In this document: piece by piece, positions 44,413 through 55,819 of the stretch | Numbering within the stretch: the stretch's first letter is position 1 | Layout: every line of letters starts with the position of its first letter | IMG/VR virus record: IMGVR_UViG_3300022752_000016 | Strand: one strand, 5' to 3' | Length of the DNA: 64,000 nucleotides | Source of the DNA: a virus | Taxonomy: Duplodnaviria > Caudoviricetes | The notes under the pieces: generated by a model | What the model was told of the DNA's origin: nothing | The model's input: the letters and a program-made list of their open reading frames with translations, nothing else | Databases searched by the model: none | Program-made: the position numbers and the translations under genes

Positions 44413-47400
44413 ATGGCACAACGTAATATAGATTTTGGAACATTTCCTGATGATCCAAATGCAGACGCTATTAGAACTGCATTTCAAAAAGTACAGGAAA
44501 ACTTTAACGAGTTATTTTCTATTACCACAAGTCAGGCTGTAATATCAATTAATAGAACACCTGGTGCAGGTATTACAGTAAATTCTCCAATAGGTAATGT
44601 CGTTATTACTGCAAATATTTCGAATGTACAAATAAGCACAAGCACTTTAAGTATAGGTAGGAATTTCGTTAACAGAGGAGCTTCTGGTGGTAATGCAAAT
44701 ATTGTAAATTCAAGTCAAGTTTTAGTAATTGATTTACCAAATACTATTGATAATGTATCAAATGTAAACTTAAGTGCAAATTTAAGTGCAAATTTTGTAA
44801 AAGCCAACACATCAATAATTTCTAACACAATTTTTGCAAATTCAACAATAACAGCAAATAACATTAATGTAAATGTTTCAATAGATACATCAAACATTAA
44901 TTCAACAAACGCAAATATTTCTTCAAATTTATTAGCAGGAAATGCATCTATTTCAGGCAATCTGGTTACAAATGATTTAAGTGTCACTGGTAATGTTACA
45001 ACAAACTTATTACCAAATGCAAACATAGCATACAATTTAGGTTCAAATACTCAAAGATGGAAAGACTTATACCTATCAGGAAACACTTTATACATAGGTA
45101 ATGCGACTATTTCAGTCAGCGGTAATAATTTAGTATTAACCAATCCCATAGGAGGTAATTTTGTTATTACTGGCAATACAACGGTTGCACAGGGTATTCA
45201 AGGAATACAAGGAATATTTGGGTTACAAGGACAACAAGGACTAAGCGGTGAGTACGCAGCTCAAGGAATACAAGGAAGGCAAGGACTACAAGGTTTACAA
45301 GGACTACAAGGACTACAAGGACTACAAGGAATAAGTGGGGAGTACGCAGGACAGGGAGTACAGGGCCTACAAGGATTTTTCGGAATACAAGGTAGACAAG
45401 GTGTCCAAGGGTTACAGGGACTATTTGTTCAAGGATCAACTGGTTCCCAGGGTTTAGATGGCATGCAAGGATCCCAAGGACGACAAGGGATACAAGGTTT
45501 AACGGGTGCTTTTGCAGGTCAAGGTATTCAAGGAAACCAAGGTGTTCAGGGTAGGCAAGGATTACAAGGCTTGGATGGATTTGCAGTTGCTCAAGGTATG
45601 CAAGGAGCACAAGGTACACAAGGTAGACAAGGATTATTTGGAACACAAGGATTTCAAGGATTACAGGGACTGCAAGGATTACAGGGACTGCAAGGATTAC
45701 AGGGTTTACAAGGCGTACAAGGGACACAAGGCGTACAAGGATTACAGGGCACACAAGGTGTACAAGGATTACAGGGCACACAAGGTGTACAAGGACTACA
45801 AGGTTTACAAGGTGTACAAGGCACACAAGGCAGACAAGGAGTACAAGGCACACAAGGCAGACAAGGAGTACAAGGTTTACAAGGTGTACAAGGCACACAA
45901 GGTTTACAAGGTGTACAAGGTACACAAGGAAGACAAGGTGTTCAGGGTACACAAGGTACACAAGGACTACAAGGTGTACAAGGCACACAAGGTTTACAAG
46001 GTGTACAAGGCACACAAGGAAGACAAGGTGTTCAGGGTACACAAGGTACACAAGGACTACAAGGACTACAAGGTTTACAAGGTGTACAAGGCAGACAAGG
46101 AGTACAAGGTACACAAGGTACACAAGGTACACAAGGCCTACAAGGTTTACAAGGTGTACAAGGCACACAAGGAAGACAAGGTGTTCAGGGTACACAAGGT
46201 ACACAAGGACTACAAGGACTACAAGGACTACAAGGTGTACAAGGCACACAAGGCAGACAAGGAGTACAAGGTACACAAGGTACACAAGGTACACAAGGTT
46301 TACAAGGTTTACAAGGCACACAAGGAAGACAAGGTGTTCAGGGTACACAAGGTACACAAGGACTACAAGGACTACAAGGACTACAAGGTGTACAAGGCAC
46401 ACAAGGCAGACAAGGAGTACAAGGTACACAAGGTACACAAGGCCTACAAGGTTTACAAGGTGTACAAGGCACACAAGGAAGACAAGGTGTTCAGGGTACA
46501 CAAGGTACACAAGGACTACAAGGACTACAAGGACTACAAGGGGTACAAGGCAGACAAGGTGTTCAGGGGACACAAGGACTACAAGGAGTACAGGGAACAC
46601 AAGGACTACAAGGAGTACAGGGAACACAAGGCAGACAAGGAGTACAAGGAACACAAGGTACACAAGGTGTTCAAGGACTACAAGGCGTTCAAGGTACTCA
46701 AGGTAGACAAGGAACACAAGGAACACAAGGAGCACAAGGAACACAAGGGTTACAGGGAGTTCAAGGCACACAAGGCAGACAAGGAGTACAAGGTACACAA
46801 GGTACACAAGGTACACAAGGCCTACAAGGTGTACAAGGCCTACAAGGTTTACAAGGTGTACAAGGCACACAAGGAAGACAAGGACTACAAGGACTACAAG
46901 GTTTACAAGGTGTACAAGGCACACAAGGAAGACAAGGAGTACAAGGTACACAAGGACTACAAGGACTACAAGGACTACAAGGTGTACAAGGACCACAAAG
47001 TATACAAGGACCACAAGGTACACAAGGACTACAAGGACTACAAGGACTACAAGGTTTGCAAGGGGTACAAGGACCACAAAGTATACAAGGACCACAAGGT
47101 ACACAAGGACTACAAGGACTACAAGGACTACAAGGGGTACAAGGACCACAAAGTATACAAGGACCACAAGGTTTACAAGGACCACAAGGCGTTCAGGGTG
47201 TACAGGGTTTACAAGGACCACAAAGTATACAAGGACCACAAGGTTTACAAGGACCACAAGGTTTTCAAGGAATACAAGGAATACAAGGACCACAAAGTAT
47301 TCAAGGCGTACAAGGCACACAAGGAACACAGGGTGTTCAGGGTTTACAAGGTGTACAAGGCACACAAGGAAGACAAGGTGTTCAGGGTACACAAGGTACA

Positions 47401-50010
47401 CAAGGTACACAAGGCAGACAAGGAGTACAGGGTACACAAGGTGTACAAGGACTACAAGGACTACAAGGAGTACAAGGCACACAAGGCAGACAAGGTGTAC
47501 AAGGTACACAAGGTGTTCAAGGTTTACAGGGAATACAAGGTATTCAAGGTATTCAAGGTACTCAAGGAACTCAGGGAGTGCAGGGGCTTGATGGGTTCGC
47601 AGTAGCCCAAGGAATGCAAGGGACACAAGGCATACAAGGTGTTCAAGGATTACAAGGTAACCAAGGAGTAGCAGGAATACCACAATCTTGGACATTAATA
47701 ACTTCGAGTCAACTCGCAGGGAGTGATACCAGATATATAGCAAATACAAGTGGAGGACCGTTCACATTAACTTTACCAGCCAGTCCAGTTTTAGGACAGG
47801 TAGTTATTGTAACAGATGGAAATAATTGGGCAGCAAATAATTTAACAATTGCAGGTAACGGATCTACAATTCAAGGATCCTATACTGACCTTATTTTAAA
47901 TATACAAGATATTACAGTAGAACTTGTCTATGACGGTACTACATGGTTAGTAACAGCAACATTGGGTCAACGAGGAGTTCAAGGACAAAGTGGAATACAA
48001 GGACTAGATGGTTTTCAAGGTGCACAAGGAACGCAAGGCATACAAGGCAGACAAGGCTTACAAGGTCCTACTGCTGCACAAGGTGCACAAGGAACACAAG
48101 GAGTTCAAGGAACACAGGGCAGACAAGGCTTACAAGGTCCTACTGCTGCACAAGGTGCACAAGGAACACAAGGAGTTCAAGGTACACAAGGTGTACAAGG
48201 CAGGCAAGGCATACAAGGCAGACAAGGATTACAAGGGCCTACAGCATCACAAGGAACACAAGGAACACAAGGAACACAAGGAACACAAGGGTTACAAGGC
48301 AGGCAAGGATTACAAGGGCCTACAGCATCACAAGGAACACAAGGAACACAAGGAACACAAGGGTTACAAGGGCTACAAGGCAGGCAAGGATTACAAGGAC
48401 CTACAGCATCACAAGGAACACAAGGGTTATACGGCATTCAAGGAAATCAAGGTATTCAAGGTATTCCTGGCACAGTAGCAGCACAGGGTATGCAGGGTCT
48501 TCAAGGACTACAAGGAGTTCAGGGAACGCAAGGAACACAAGGATTACAAGGACCTACTGCTGCACAGGGCGCACAGGGAACACAGGGACTACAAGGTAAT
48601 CAGGGGGTACAGGGCAGGCAGGGATTACAAGGTCCAACTGCTGCACAGGGCGCACAGGGAACACAGGGACTACAAGGTAATCAGGGGGTACAGGGCAGAC
48701 AGGGATTACAAGGTCCAACTGCTGCACAAGGTGCACAAGGAACACAGGGATTACAAGGGTTACAAGGTTTGCAAGGATTACAAGGTCGGCAAGGTTTACA
48801 AGGCCCAACTGCTTCACAAGGAACACAAGGTATACAGGGACTTAATGGATTATTTTCAGCACAGGGTACACAAGGATTACAGGGATCAGCAGGAGCAGGT
48901 GGCGGTGGTAACATAAGTGGTCCAGCAAGTGCTAGTGGTAGGGAAATAGCATACTTTACAAGTTCTACAACAATTGACACAGTACCAACTTTAACTTATG
49001 ATCAACCTAATGGTTATATTCAGGTAAAATCGAAGGATTCATTTGATGGCGGTGTGATACAGTTTTACAGTACTGGCAATACAAATTATACAATTTTTGG
49101 GCGTAAAGATACTGGTAGCAATGTAAGTCTTTGGTTACCCAACACAGTAGGCACTACTGGACAAGTATTATCTATTACTTTAAATTCTGGTCCAAGTGAA
49201 GCTCAATTGGGTTGGTCAACTGCGGCAACATACTTTAACACAGGAAATTATAGAATTCCTATTTATGATCCTGATAATTCAAGTTTAAGATTTTATGGAC
49301 CTACCATAGATAGTGATAACGTTATTACAACACGTAATTTTTGGGCTTCAAATACTATAGGTGGGGCAGATAATCCTTACTTAAGAGTTTCTGCACCATC
49401 TGCAAGGACTTATACACAATTTCAAAGAGCCGCAGGTGGCGCAAATACTACACTGTATTTACCGACAGCCAGCGCAAATTCTAGTTACGGTAGCTATTTG
49501 GGTGCAATTGATAGTCAAAATCAACTACAATGGATGTATGGTTTATGGGGCGATGCTGTACGAAGCGATACTACAAGTGCTGACTTTTATTATCCAACTT
49601 GGGTTAGAGACTATTTTAACGGCGCAAATAATATTGTATATATTTCTTCAAGCACTAGTAAGTTTGGTTATAGGCCAAGCTCAGGTACATTACAAGTTAC
49701 TGTATTAACTCAAACTTCTACTATACAAGATAAAGAAAATCTAAGACCTATTACAAATGCACTCTCAACTTTAAATCAATTTAGTACATATTTATATGAC
49801 AGAAAAGATGGGTCAGCCTCAAACGTTCCTGGTGTAATTGCAGAAGAAGTAGCTAATATCTTTCCTGAACTAGTTACTTATACAAGTAATAACATACCAA
49901 CAGGGGTTAACTATACACAATTTATTCCGTTATTAATTGAAGGAATTAAAAATCTAACAGAAAAAGTTGAGTTATTGGAAACTGAAATTAATAATCTTAA
50001 AAATCAGTAA
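44413..50010 (+). CDS. Collagen-like tail fibre with C-terminal peptidase S74-type chaperone
   Basis: N-terminal [26 protein letters not shown] attachment motif, long Gly-X-Gln tracts, C-terminal GVIAEEV...FPELV...[15 protein letters not shown]; ATAAATA at 44388. Confidence 0.88.
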   Translation: MAQRNIDFGTFPDDPNADAIRTAFQKVQENFNELFSITTSQAVISINRTPGAGITVNSPIGNVVITANISNVQISTSTLSIGRNFVNRGASGGNANIVNSSQVLVIDLPNTIDNVSNVNLSANLSANFVKANTSIISNTIFANSTITANNINVNVSIDTSNINSTNANISSNLLAGNASISGNLVTNDLSVTGNVTTNLLPNANIAYNLGSNTQRWKDLYLSGNTLYIGNATISVSGNNLVLTNPIGGNFVITGNTTVAQGIQGIQGIFGLQGQQGLSGEYAAQGIQGRQGLQGLQGLQGLQGLQGISGEYAGQGVQGLQGFFGIQGRQGVQGLQGLFVQGSTGSQGLDGMQGSQGRQGIQGLTGAFAGQGIQGNQGVQGRQGLQGLDGFAVAQGMQGAQGTQGRQGLFGTQGFQGLQGLQGLQGLQGLQGLQGVQGTQGVQGLQGTQGVQGLQGTQGVQGLQGLQGVQGTQGRQGVQGTQGRQGVQGLQGVQGTQGLQGVQGTQGRQGVQGTQGTQGLQGVQGTQGLQGVQGTQGRQGVQGTQGTQGLQGLQGLQGVQGRQGVQGTQGTQGTQGLQGLQGVQGTQGRQGVQGTQGTQGLQGLQGLQGVQGTQGRQGVQGTQGTQGTQGLQGLQGTQGRQGVQGTQGTQGLQGLQGLQGVQGTQGRQGVQGTQGTQGLQGLQGVQGTQGRQGVQGTQGTQGLQGLQGLQGVQGRQGVQGTQGLQGVQGTQGLQGVQGTQGRQGVQGTQGTQGVQGLQGVQGTQGRQGTQGTQGAQGTQGLQGVQGTQGRQGVQGTQGTQGTQGLQGVQGLQGLQGVQGTQGRQGLQGLQGLQGVQGTQGRQGVQGTQGLQGLQGLQGVQGPQSIQGPQGTQGLQGLQGLQGLQGVQGPQSIQGPQGTQGLQGLQGLQGVQGPQSIQGPQGLQGPQGVQGVQGLQGPQSIQGPQGLQGPQGFQGIQGIQGPQSIQGVQGTQGTQGVQGLQGVQGTQGRQGVQGTQGTQGTQGRQGVQGTQGVQGLQGLQGVQGTQGRQGVQGTQGVQGLQGIQGIQGIQGTQGTQGVQGLDGFAVAQGMQGTQGIQGVQGLQGNQGVAGIPQSWTLITSSQLAGSDTRYIANTSGGPFTLTLPASPVLGQVVIVTDGNNWAANNLTIAGNGSTIQGSYTDLILNIQDITVELVYDGTTWLVTATLGQRGVQGQSGIQGLDGFQGAQGTQGIQGRQGLQGPTAAQGAQGTQGVQGTQGRQGLQGPTAAQGAQGTQGVQGTQGVQGRQGIQGRQGLQGPTASQGTQGTQGTQGTQGLQGRQGLQGPTASQGTQGTQGTQGLQGLQGRQGLQGPTASQGTQGLYGIQGNQGIQGIPGTVAAQGMQGLQGLQGVQGTQGTQGLQGPTAAQGAQGTQGLQGNQGVQGRQGLQGPTAAQGAQGTQGLQGNQGVQGRQGLQGPTAAQGAQGTQGLQGLQGLQGLQGRQGLQGPTASQGTQGIQGLNGLFSAQGTQGLQGSAGAGGGGNISGPASASGREIAYFTSSTTIDTVPTLTYDQPNGYIQVKSKDSFDGGVIQFYSTGNTNYTIFGRKDTGSNVSLWLPNTVGTTGQVLSITLNSGPSEAQLGWSTAATYFNTGNYRIPIYDPDNSSLRFYGPTIDSDNVITTRNFWASNTIGGADNPYLRVSAPSARTYTQFQRAAGGANTTLYLPTASANSSYGSYLGAIDSQNQLQWMYGLWGDAVRSDTTSADFYYPTWVRDYFNGANNIVYISSSTSKFGYRPSSGTLQVTVLTQTSTIQDKENLRPITNALSTLNQFSTYLYDRKDGSASNVPGVIAEEVANIFPELVTYTSNNIPTGVNYTQFIPLLIEGIKNLTEKVELLETEINNLKNQ
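45190..47685 (+). repeat. 9-nt periodic collagen repeat, segment 1 (~830 aa)
   Basis: CAAGG recurs every 9 nt; triplets are G-[L/V/T/R/I]-Q. Confidence 0.95.
47965..48885 (+). repeat. 9-nt periodic collagen repeat, segment 2 (~305 aa) with regular GPTA(A/S)Q interruptions
   Basis: Same periodicity, punctuated by recurring ggtcctactgctgcacaa-like units. Confidence 0.93.
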
Positions 50011-50019
50011 GGATAATAA

Positions 50020-50637
50020 ATGATAACATTAGAATTACTTCAATCAGTATGTACAAAAACAAAAGCAAGTGTATTAGAACCTTATGTTAACCCACTAATA
50101 AAAGTAACTGAACACTATGATATGATTGAGAACCCAAAACGAGTAGCTGCCTTTTTAGCTCAAGTAGCGCATGAAAGTGGTGGGTTCACTGCTGTTAAAG
50201 AAAATTTAAATTATGGTGCTAAAGGATTAATGACAACTTTTAAAAAATATTTTCCTAACGAAGAACTAGCCAAACAATATGAACGTAAACCTGAAAAAAT
50301 TGCAAATCGTGTGTATGCTAATCGTATGAAAAATGGCGACGAAGCAAGTGGTGATGGATTTAAATTTCGTGGTAGGGGTTTAATTCAACTCACAGGCCGT
50401 GATAATTATACTAGATTTGCAAAAAGTATAGGTAAGTCATTAGATGATACTGTTCTTTTTTTAGAAACACCTGAAGGCGCTGTTACAAGTGCTGGTTGGT
50501 TTTGGGATACAAATAAATTAAACATTTACTGTGATAAGGATGATTTTTTAGGACTAACCAAACGTATTAATGGTGGCACGATTGGATTAATTGATAGACA
50601 ACACCATTATGAAATAGCTTTAAAGGCACTTACATAA
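50020..50637 (+). CDS. Glycoside hydrolase family 19 endolysin/lysozyme
   Basis: AAFLAQVAHESGGF...ENLNY, RGRGLIQLTGRDNY, KRINGG. Confidence 0.92.
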   Translation: MITLELLQSVCTKTKASVLEPYVNPLIKVTEHYDMIENPKRVAAFLAQVAHESGGFTAVKENLNYGAKGLMTTFKKYFPNEELAKQYERKPEKIANRVYANRMKNGDEASGDGFKFRGRGLIQLTGRDNYTRFAKSIGKSLDDTVLFLETPEGAVTSAGWFWDTNKLNIYCDKDDFLGLTKRINGGTIGLIDRQHHYEIALKALT

Positions 50638-50640
50638 TAT

Positions 50641-53232
50641 ATGGCTCAACCGATTTGGAATATTCAAAAAGGATCTATAGGAACATTTCCTGCAAATATA
50701 CCCTTTACTAAGTTAATTACTGCAAAACCTGTGCTTCCTGCAACTACAGTTACATATGTTAAAATAGCAGGTAGTTTACCTGATGGGGTACAATTTAATT
50801 CTGATGGGTTATTGTATGGTACACCAACCACAGTAGGACTTGATACTACTTTTACGTTTGTGATTCGTGCTGTTGATAATCAAAATAATTTATCTGATAG
50901 AACTTTTACAATTACAGTTTCTGGTAGTGCTATACCAAAAATATTAACACCTTCTGGAATTTTCCTGACTGTAAATGATAGTACATGGGTAGAAAATTTT
51001 ATAGAATATTCAAATCCACTTCCTTCAAATGTTGTAAGTTTTAAAATTATTCAAGGAACCTTACCTCCTGGATTACAAATGAATGAATATGGATTAATTA
51101 GAGGGTACGCAGAACCAGTATATTTAAATTTAAATTTAGAAGAGGCTAGTACTTCAGTAGTTAGGTGTGAAGAAAATATTTTTACAGCATTGACTACAGC
51201 TAATTTTGTTGAAAACAGGCCAATTGTGTTTTCAGGCAGTATAATAGGCGGAGTAGTTGCAGGAAGAATTTATTATGTAAAAAATATTTTAAATAATACT
51301 CAATTTACTGTATCTACCACTGTAGATGGTAATCAATTAGAATTATCTGATGAAACCGGGTATATGGATACAACATTACCTGCAACAGGTTTACAAAGAC
51401 CTACTATTAAAAGTTTTAGTTTTACAGTTTCTTTGGAAAGTAATTTGGGTAATGACATACAAACATTTGAAATTGTAGTAGTAAATCAAAATTTGCCTAT
51501 TAGTCAAGGAGGATCGGGTTTACCGCCTAATACTAGAGTACCTACAATTTACAATATAAGACCTCCTATTTTTGATTATAATTTATTACCATCTTCAGGT
51601 TTTTACATAGTTCCTAAGGATTTAAAGGGAATAACATACACAACAAAAGATTTTGCCTTTATTGGAGATTTTGCTAGTGGTAATTATTTTTCATTTGAAA
51701 TAATAGGTCACGATTTTGATGGAAACCAACTTCAATATAATTTTGTAAATTTACCATTAGGGTTAGTTGGCAATACACAAACTGGATGGATCACTGGGAC
51801 TCCTGTTTTAAATAACATAGGAGTTAATGAATTTAATTTTAGTGTGTTTGTAAGCAAATTACAGAATCCGCAAATTGTAAGTAAAGCATTTAATTTTTCT
51901 TTCAAATTATCAAATTCTATTACATCCAATATAACTTGGCTTACACCAAATAACTTAGGAATAATTTCAAATGGTTCAACTAGTGTATTTAAAGTAGAGG
52001 CTATTGCAGATGTTATTTTAAAATATAGACTTATTCAAGGGACATTACCTCCCAATTTAAAATTACTTGATAATGGAGAATTAACAGGACAAACTGCATG
52101 GCAACCAACTACTCAAGTAGTTGAACCAGGAACAAACACACTATTTACTTTTACTATCGAAGCTTTTTCTGAAGAATTCTATATAATTAAAAGTTCAAAA
52201 ACATTTTATATTAATGTTATTCAAGAATATGCGTATCCGTCAGAATCTTTATATATTAAGGCAACTCCTAGTTTAGAAAATAGAAATCTTTTACGAACTT
52301 TATTATTAAATGAAGAAATTATACCAACAAACTATTTGTATAGACCTAGTGATCCTAGATTTGGTAAGGCAACTGATGTAATTTATGCACATGCATTTGG
52401 AATTGATAGCAGTTCTTTTGACAAATACATAGAGGCTGTAACTAAAAATCATTATTGGAGAAACATAATTTTAGGAAGCATATCTACTGCTGTTGCTAAA
52501 AATAATGATGGAGAAATTATATACGAAGTTGTTTATAGTAATGTGATTGATAATTTAGTAAATATTAAAAATGAAAGTGTTCCTGAAGAAATTATTTGGC
52601 CTAGAAAAGTTAATTTATTTGAAGGCCCATGGTATACCAGCATTACAGACATTTATACAAGCTATATATTTCAAAACGAAAGTGAAAGTCAGTTTTTAGA
52701 AACTGAAAATAATTTATTACTTAGTACAGAAAATGCACAATTACTGTCTACTGAACTTGGTCAACCTACCTATTTCACTAGTTTAACACCTGGATATGCA
52801 AGAATATTTTACCCCAATAGTTTGCCCAATATGAGAAATCGTATTGCACAGGTTTTAGGACAACAAGCAAATTATAAATTATTGCCTAAATGGATGACAA
52901 GTCAACAACCTAATGGCAGCACTTTGGGATATGTTCCAGCTTGGGTAATTTGTTATACTAAACCAGGATTCAGTGAAATAATTAAAAATAATATTGAAAA
53001 CAATTGGAAAAACGAATTAGGGCAACATAATGTACTTAATCAAATCAATTTTAAAATTGATCGATTTATTGTTGATAAAAGCACTACTTTTAATTATAAT
53101 GATAGAACAAGCCCGCCTGCATGGTTGAGTTTACCTAGTGGGAATCCTGAACCTGTACCTATAGATAGTAAAGATTTTTATGTGTTGTTCCCACGTAAAA
53201 CTATTTTACCGAACACACCTCAATATAGCTAA
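50641..53232 (+). CDS. Virion structural protein with repeated Ig-like (He_PIG-type) domains
   Basis: Repeated GSLPDG/GTLPPG...G.L.GTP motifs. Confidence 0.7.
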   Translation: MAQPIWNIQKGSIGTFPANIPFTKLITAKPVLPATTVTYVKIAGSLPDGVQFNSDGLLYGTPTTVGLDTTFTFVIRAVDNQNNLSDRTFTITVSGSAIPKILTPSGIFLTVNDSTWVENFIEYSNPLPSNVVSFKIIQGTLPPGLQMNEYGLIRGYAEPVYLNLNLEEASTSVVRCEENIFTALTTANFVENRPIVFSGSIIGGVVAGRIYYVKNILNNTQFTVSTTVDGNQLELSDETGYMDTTLPATGLQRPTIKSFSFTVSLESNLGNDIQTFEIVVVNQNLPISQGGSGLPPNTRVPTIYNIRPPIFDYNLLPSSGFYIVPKDLKGITYTTKDFAFIGDFASGNYFSFEIIGHDFDGNQLQYNFVNLPLGLVGNTQTGWITGTPVLNNIGVNEFNFSVFVSKLQNPQIVSKAFNFSFKLSNSITSNITWLTPNNLGIISNGSTSVFKVEAIADVILKYRLIQGTLPPNLKLLDNGELTGQTAWQPTTQVVEPGTNTLFTFTIEAFSEEFYIIKSSKTFYINVIQEYAYPSESLYIKATPSLENRNLLRTLLLNEEIIPTNYLYRPSDPRFGKATDVIYAHAFGIDSSSFDKYIEAVTKNHYWRNIILGSISTAVAKNNDGEIIYEVVYSNVIDNLVNIKNESVPEEIIWPRKVNLFEGPWYTSITDIYTSYIFQNESESQFLETENNLLLSTENAQLLSTELGQPTYFTSLTPGYARIFYPNSLPNMRNRIAQVLGQQANYKLLPKWMTSQQPNGSTLGYVPAWVICYTKPGFSEIIKNNIENNWKNELGQHNVLNQINFKIDRFIVDKSTTFNYNDRTSPPAWLSLPSGNPEPVPIDSKDFYVLFPRKTILPNTPQYS

Positions 53233-53253
53233 ATATATTAAGGAATAACAAAA

Positions 53254-55584
53254 ATGAGTTCAATAAACACAAATGCACTTGACGTAAATTATCCTGTACC
53301 AGGTGTCAATAACAATTCACAGGGATTTAGAAATAATTTTGCTGCAATTAAAACTAACTTAGATTTTGCAGGTAATGAAATTACGGAGTTACAAAATAAA
53401 AGTGTTCTTAAGTCTGCATTAGCTAATTCAATTGTAAACAATGATATGGCAAATACACTTATAAGTAATGCAAGTACACGTAGTTTTAGGTCTACTACTT
53501 ATAATTTAGGTAACGCACTATCAGGTACAGTTGTTGTAAATGCTTCACTTGGAGATGTACAATATGGAAATATTGCAGGAGACATAATCTTACAATTTGG
53601 ATATTGGGCTCCAGTTGGGACAATGCAAAAAATATCCTTACAGCTAGGTTTCGGTAATCGTGAAGCAAGTGTTGCTTTTCCTATAGAAGTTGTTGCAAAT
53701 GATACATTTGGATTGACTCTTGTAGAAAACTATGAATCTAATAATAGTATTTCTTATGTCACTGTCCCATCAGGGACAGATCAATTAAATTTTGATCTTT
53801 ACACGCTTGATTGCGGAAATACTATTTACATTACTCCTACCAATAGAAGTTTTAAATCTACTCAAATAAAAACTAAAATACCCCCAAGCACTGGAGTATT
53901 AGGAGATATGACAGGAGATGTGTCAATTACTCCAAATCTATCTCAATTAACTATTTCATCGACGGAACATACAGTAGCTAACATTTATCCTGCAGTAACT
54001 ATAATGCCAACAAGTTCTATTACAGGTAATTTATTAACTGTTGGTAGTATAGAATCAGTACAAATTTTAAACGGAGGTATTACAGGAAATACTTTACAAC
54101 TTGGAAATATTCAATCAGGCAACATAAAGGTTGGTATGCAATTATCAGGAAATGGTGTTACTGTAGGTACATATATTGTAAAAAATTTAGGTAATGGAGT
54201 AGGAAATGGAAGCACTTGGCAACTTAGTAACACAAGCACTGTAAGTAATGCTAATGCAGTTACTACAGGGTCTATAATAGATGCAGACGATGGTACACGT
54301 TGGGTTCAAACAGGAAGTATTTCAGGAACAACTTTGACACTAACAGGGTCACCTGGAACAGGTATCGTTGCAGCAAATCAAATAATTACAGGCACAGGTA
54401 TAACTACAGGCACAGGTATTGTAAGTGGTTCAGGTACGACTTGGACAATTTCCCCTAGTCAAACAGTTGCAAGCACCACAATAAGTGGTGGTAATATTGG
54501 TACAACATTAACAGTTGGTACTTTATCTTCAGGAACTATTAAAATAGGTATGTTACTTTCTGGAGGAAATATAAACGCAAATACTTTTATTTCAAATAAT
54601 ATAAGCGGATCAGGAAGTGGAAGTAAGTGGCAAGTATCAAATTCACAATTTCAATCTAGTGTTAATATTACAGGAAGACCTTATATAAGCGGGTCTGCCT
54701 CTATTGTACCTGGTATGATTCTTTCAGGTCATGCTAATTTAACAGCTAATACTTATTATATAACCCAAGAAGTTACTCCTAATAGTTTATATTATATAAA
54801 TAGTTCAGTTACTGTTCCAAGTTCAACAATTATAGGTACCACTGGTATAGCAAATACAACTTTAACAGTAGGAAGTTTTGAAGGTGAGGTAGTAGATGGA
54901 CAAGTTCTATCAGGAACTGGTGTAGCTTCTGGTACCTATATAAAAAATAACATTTCAGGACTTGGTCAATTTAGCACATGGGAAGTAAGTAAAAATCAAA
55001 TTGTGGCAACTTCACAAATTGATGCGGAGGTAAATGCCTTAACGTGCGAGGATACTTCACAATTATACACAGATTTGCCAATCATATTTACAGGTAATAC
55101 TTACGGTGGTGTAAATAAAGGAAACACTTATTATGTAAATCAGGTAGTAAATGAAACACAATTTACTTTAGTTTCAAATGTTGGTAATACAACGGATATT
55201 ACATTAAGTAATGTAAGTGCAACTATGTATGGAAATCCTGTCAGTTATCTTTATTTAGCGACTGATGATTATGATTCTGTTGCAGTAGAAAGTACAATTG
55301 TTGCAACTTTTGATAATGGAAATATAACTTGTAATAATACCTCAAGTTTATCCAATAATGCTCCAATTATTTTTTCGGGAAATGTTTTTGGAGGTATAGT
55401 TGCTAATGAAGTTTATTATATAAAATCTGTAAATACAGGCACAGGTAACATAAGTATTAGTAAAACTAGAACCGATGGTATAGCAGGTACAATGATTTCT
55501 TTGGAAGCAAATACAGGAAGTTTTACATCTAATACATACATTGGAAAGGATATTTGGCGTAGAATTTCTGTCACTCCATTTTAA
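53254..55584 (+). CDS. Tail fibre/virion protein with internal beta repeats
   Basis: N-terminal NNSQGFRNNFAAIK coiled coil; repeated TLTVG..SG....GM.LSG...TYI units; CTAAATA and SD upstream. Confidence 0.65.
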   Translation: MSSINTNALDVNYPVPGVNNNSQGFRNNFAAIKTNLDFAGNEITELQNKSVLKSALANSIVNNDMANTLISNASTRSFRSTTYNLGNALSGTVVVNASLGDVQYGNIAGDIILQFGYWAPVGTMQKISLQLGFGNREASVAFPIEVVANDTFGLTLVENYESNNSISYVTVPSGTDQLNFDLYTLDCGNTIYITPTNRSFKSTQIKTKIPPSTGVLGDMTGDVSITPNLSQLTISSTEHTVANIYPAVTIMPTSSITGNLLTVGSIESVQILNGGITGNTLQLGNIQSGNIKVGMQLSGNGVTVGTYIVKNLGNGVGNGSTWQLSNTSTVSNANAVTTGSIIDADDGTRWVQTGSISGTTLTLTGSPGTGIVAANQIITGTGITTGTGIVSGSGTTWTISPSQTVASTTISGGNIGTTLTVGTLSSGTIKIGMLLSGGNINANTFISNNISGSGSGSKWQVSNSQFQSSVNITGRPYISGSASIVPGMILSGHANLTANTYYITQEVTPNSLYYINSSVTVPSSTIIGTTGIANTTLTVGSFEGEVVDGQVLSGTGVASGTYIKNNISGLGQFSTWEVSKNQIVATSQIDAEVNALTCEDTSQLYTDLPIIFTGNTYGGVNKGNTYYVNQVVNETQFTLVSNVGNTTDITLSNVSATMYGNPVSYLYLATDDYDSVAVESTIVATFDNGNITCNNTSSLSNNAPIIFSGNVFGGIVANEVYYIKSVNTGTGNISISKTRTDGIAGTMISLEANTGSFTSNTYIGKDIWRRISVTPF

Positions 55585-55585
55585 T

Positions 55586-55819
55586 ATGCAACATCCTTTC
55601 ATAAACGATTTGTCAAACTTGACGATGGAAGAATTACAACAAAAAATTACTGAATTAAATAATAAACTTAATTTTGCTTATAGATCAGGAAAAGGTCCAT
55701 TAATACATCAATTACAAATGGTTATTGAAAGTTACAAAACAGAATATAATAAAAAAATTGCTGAAATGGTAAATAAACAAAATTTAAAATCGCAAATTAA
55801 TGTGGAAAAGACAAAATGA
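55586..55819 (+). CDS. Small coiled-coil protein
   Basis: ATG at 55586 follows the upstream stop directly (MQHPFINDLSNL...). Confidence 0.6.
   Translation: MQHPFINDLSNLTMEELQQKITELNNKLNFAYRSGKGPLIHQLQMVIESYKTEYNKKIAEMVNKQNLKSQINVEKTK

Noticed and set aside
45190-48885. Possible CRISPR array or DGR template/variable repeat
   Set aside because: The repeats are contiguous in-frame 9-nt coding units without unique spacers. No cas or reverse transcriptase gene and no adenine-specific mismatch pair was seen.
45167-48980. Long alternative-frame and antisense ORFs (860 aa minus, 699 aa plus, and the Cys/Pro-rich minus ORFs) over the collagen gene
   Set aside because: They are shadows of the 9-nt CAAGG periodicity, which lacks stops in several frames. 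They have no start signals and give low-complexity LV, KVHK and PC translations.
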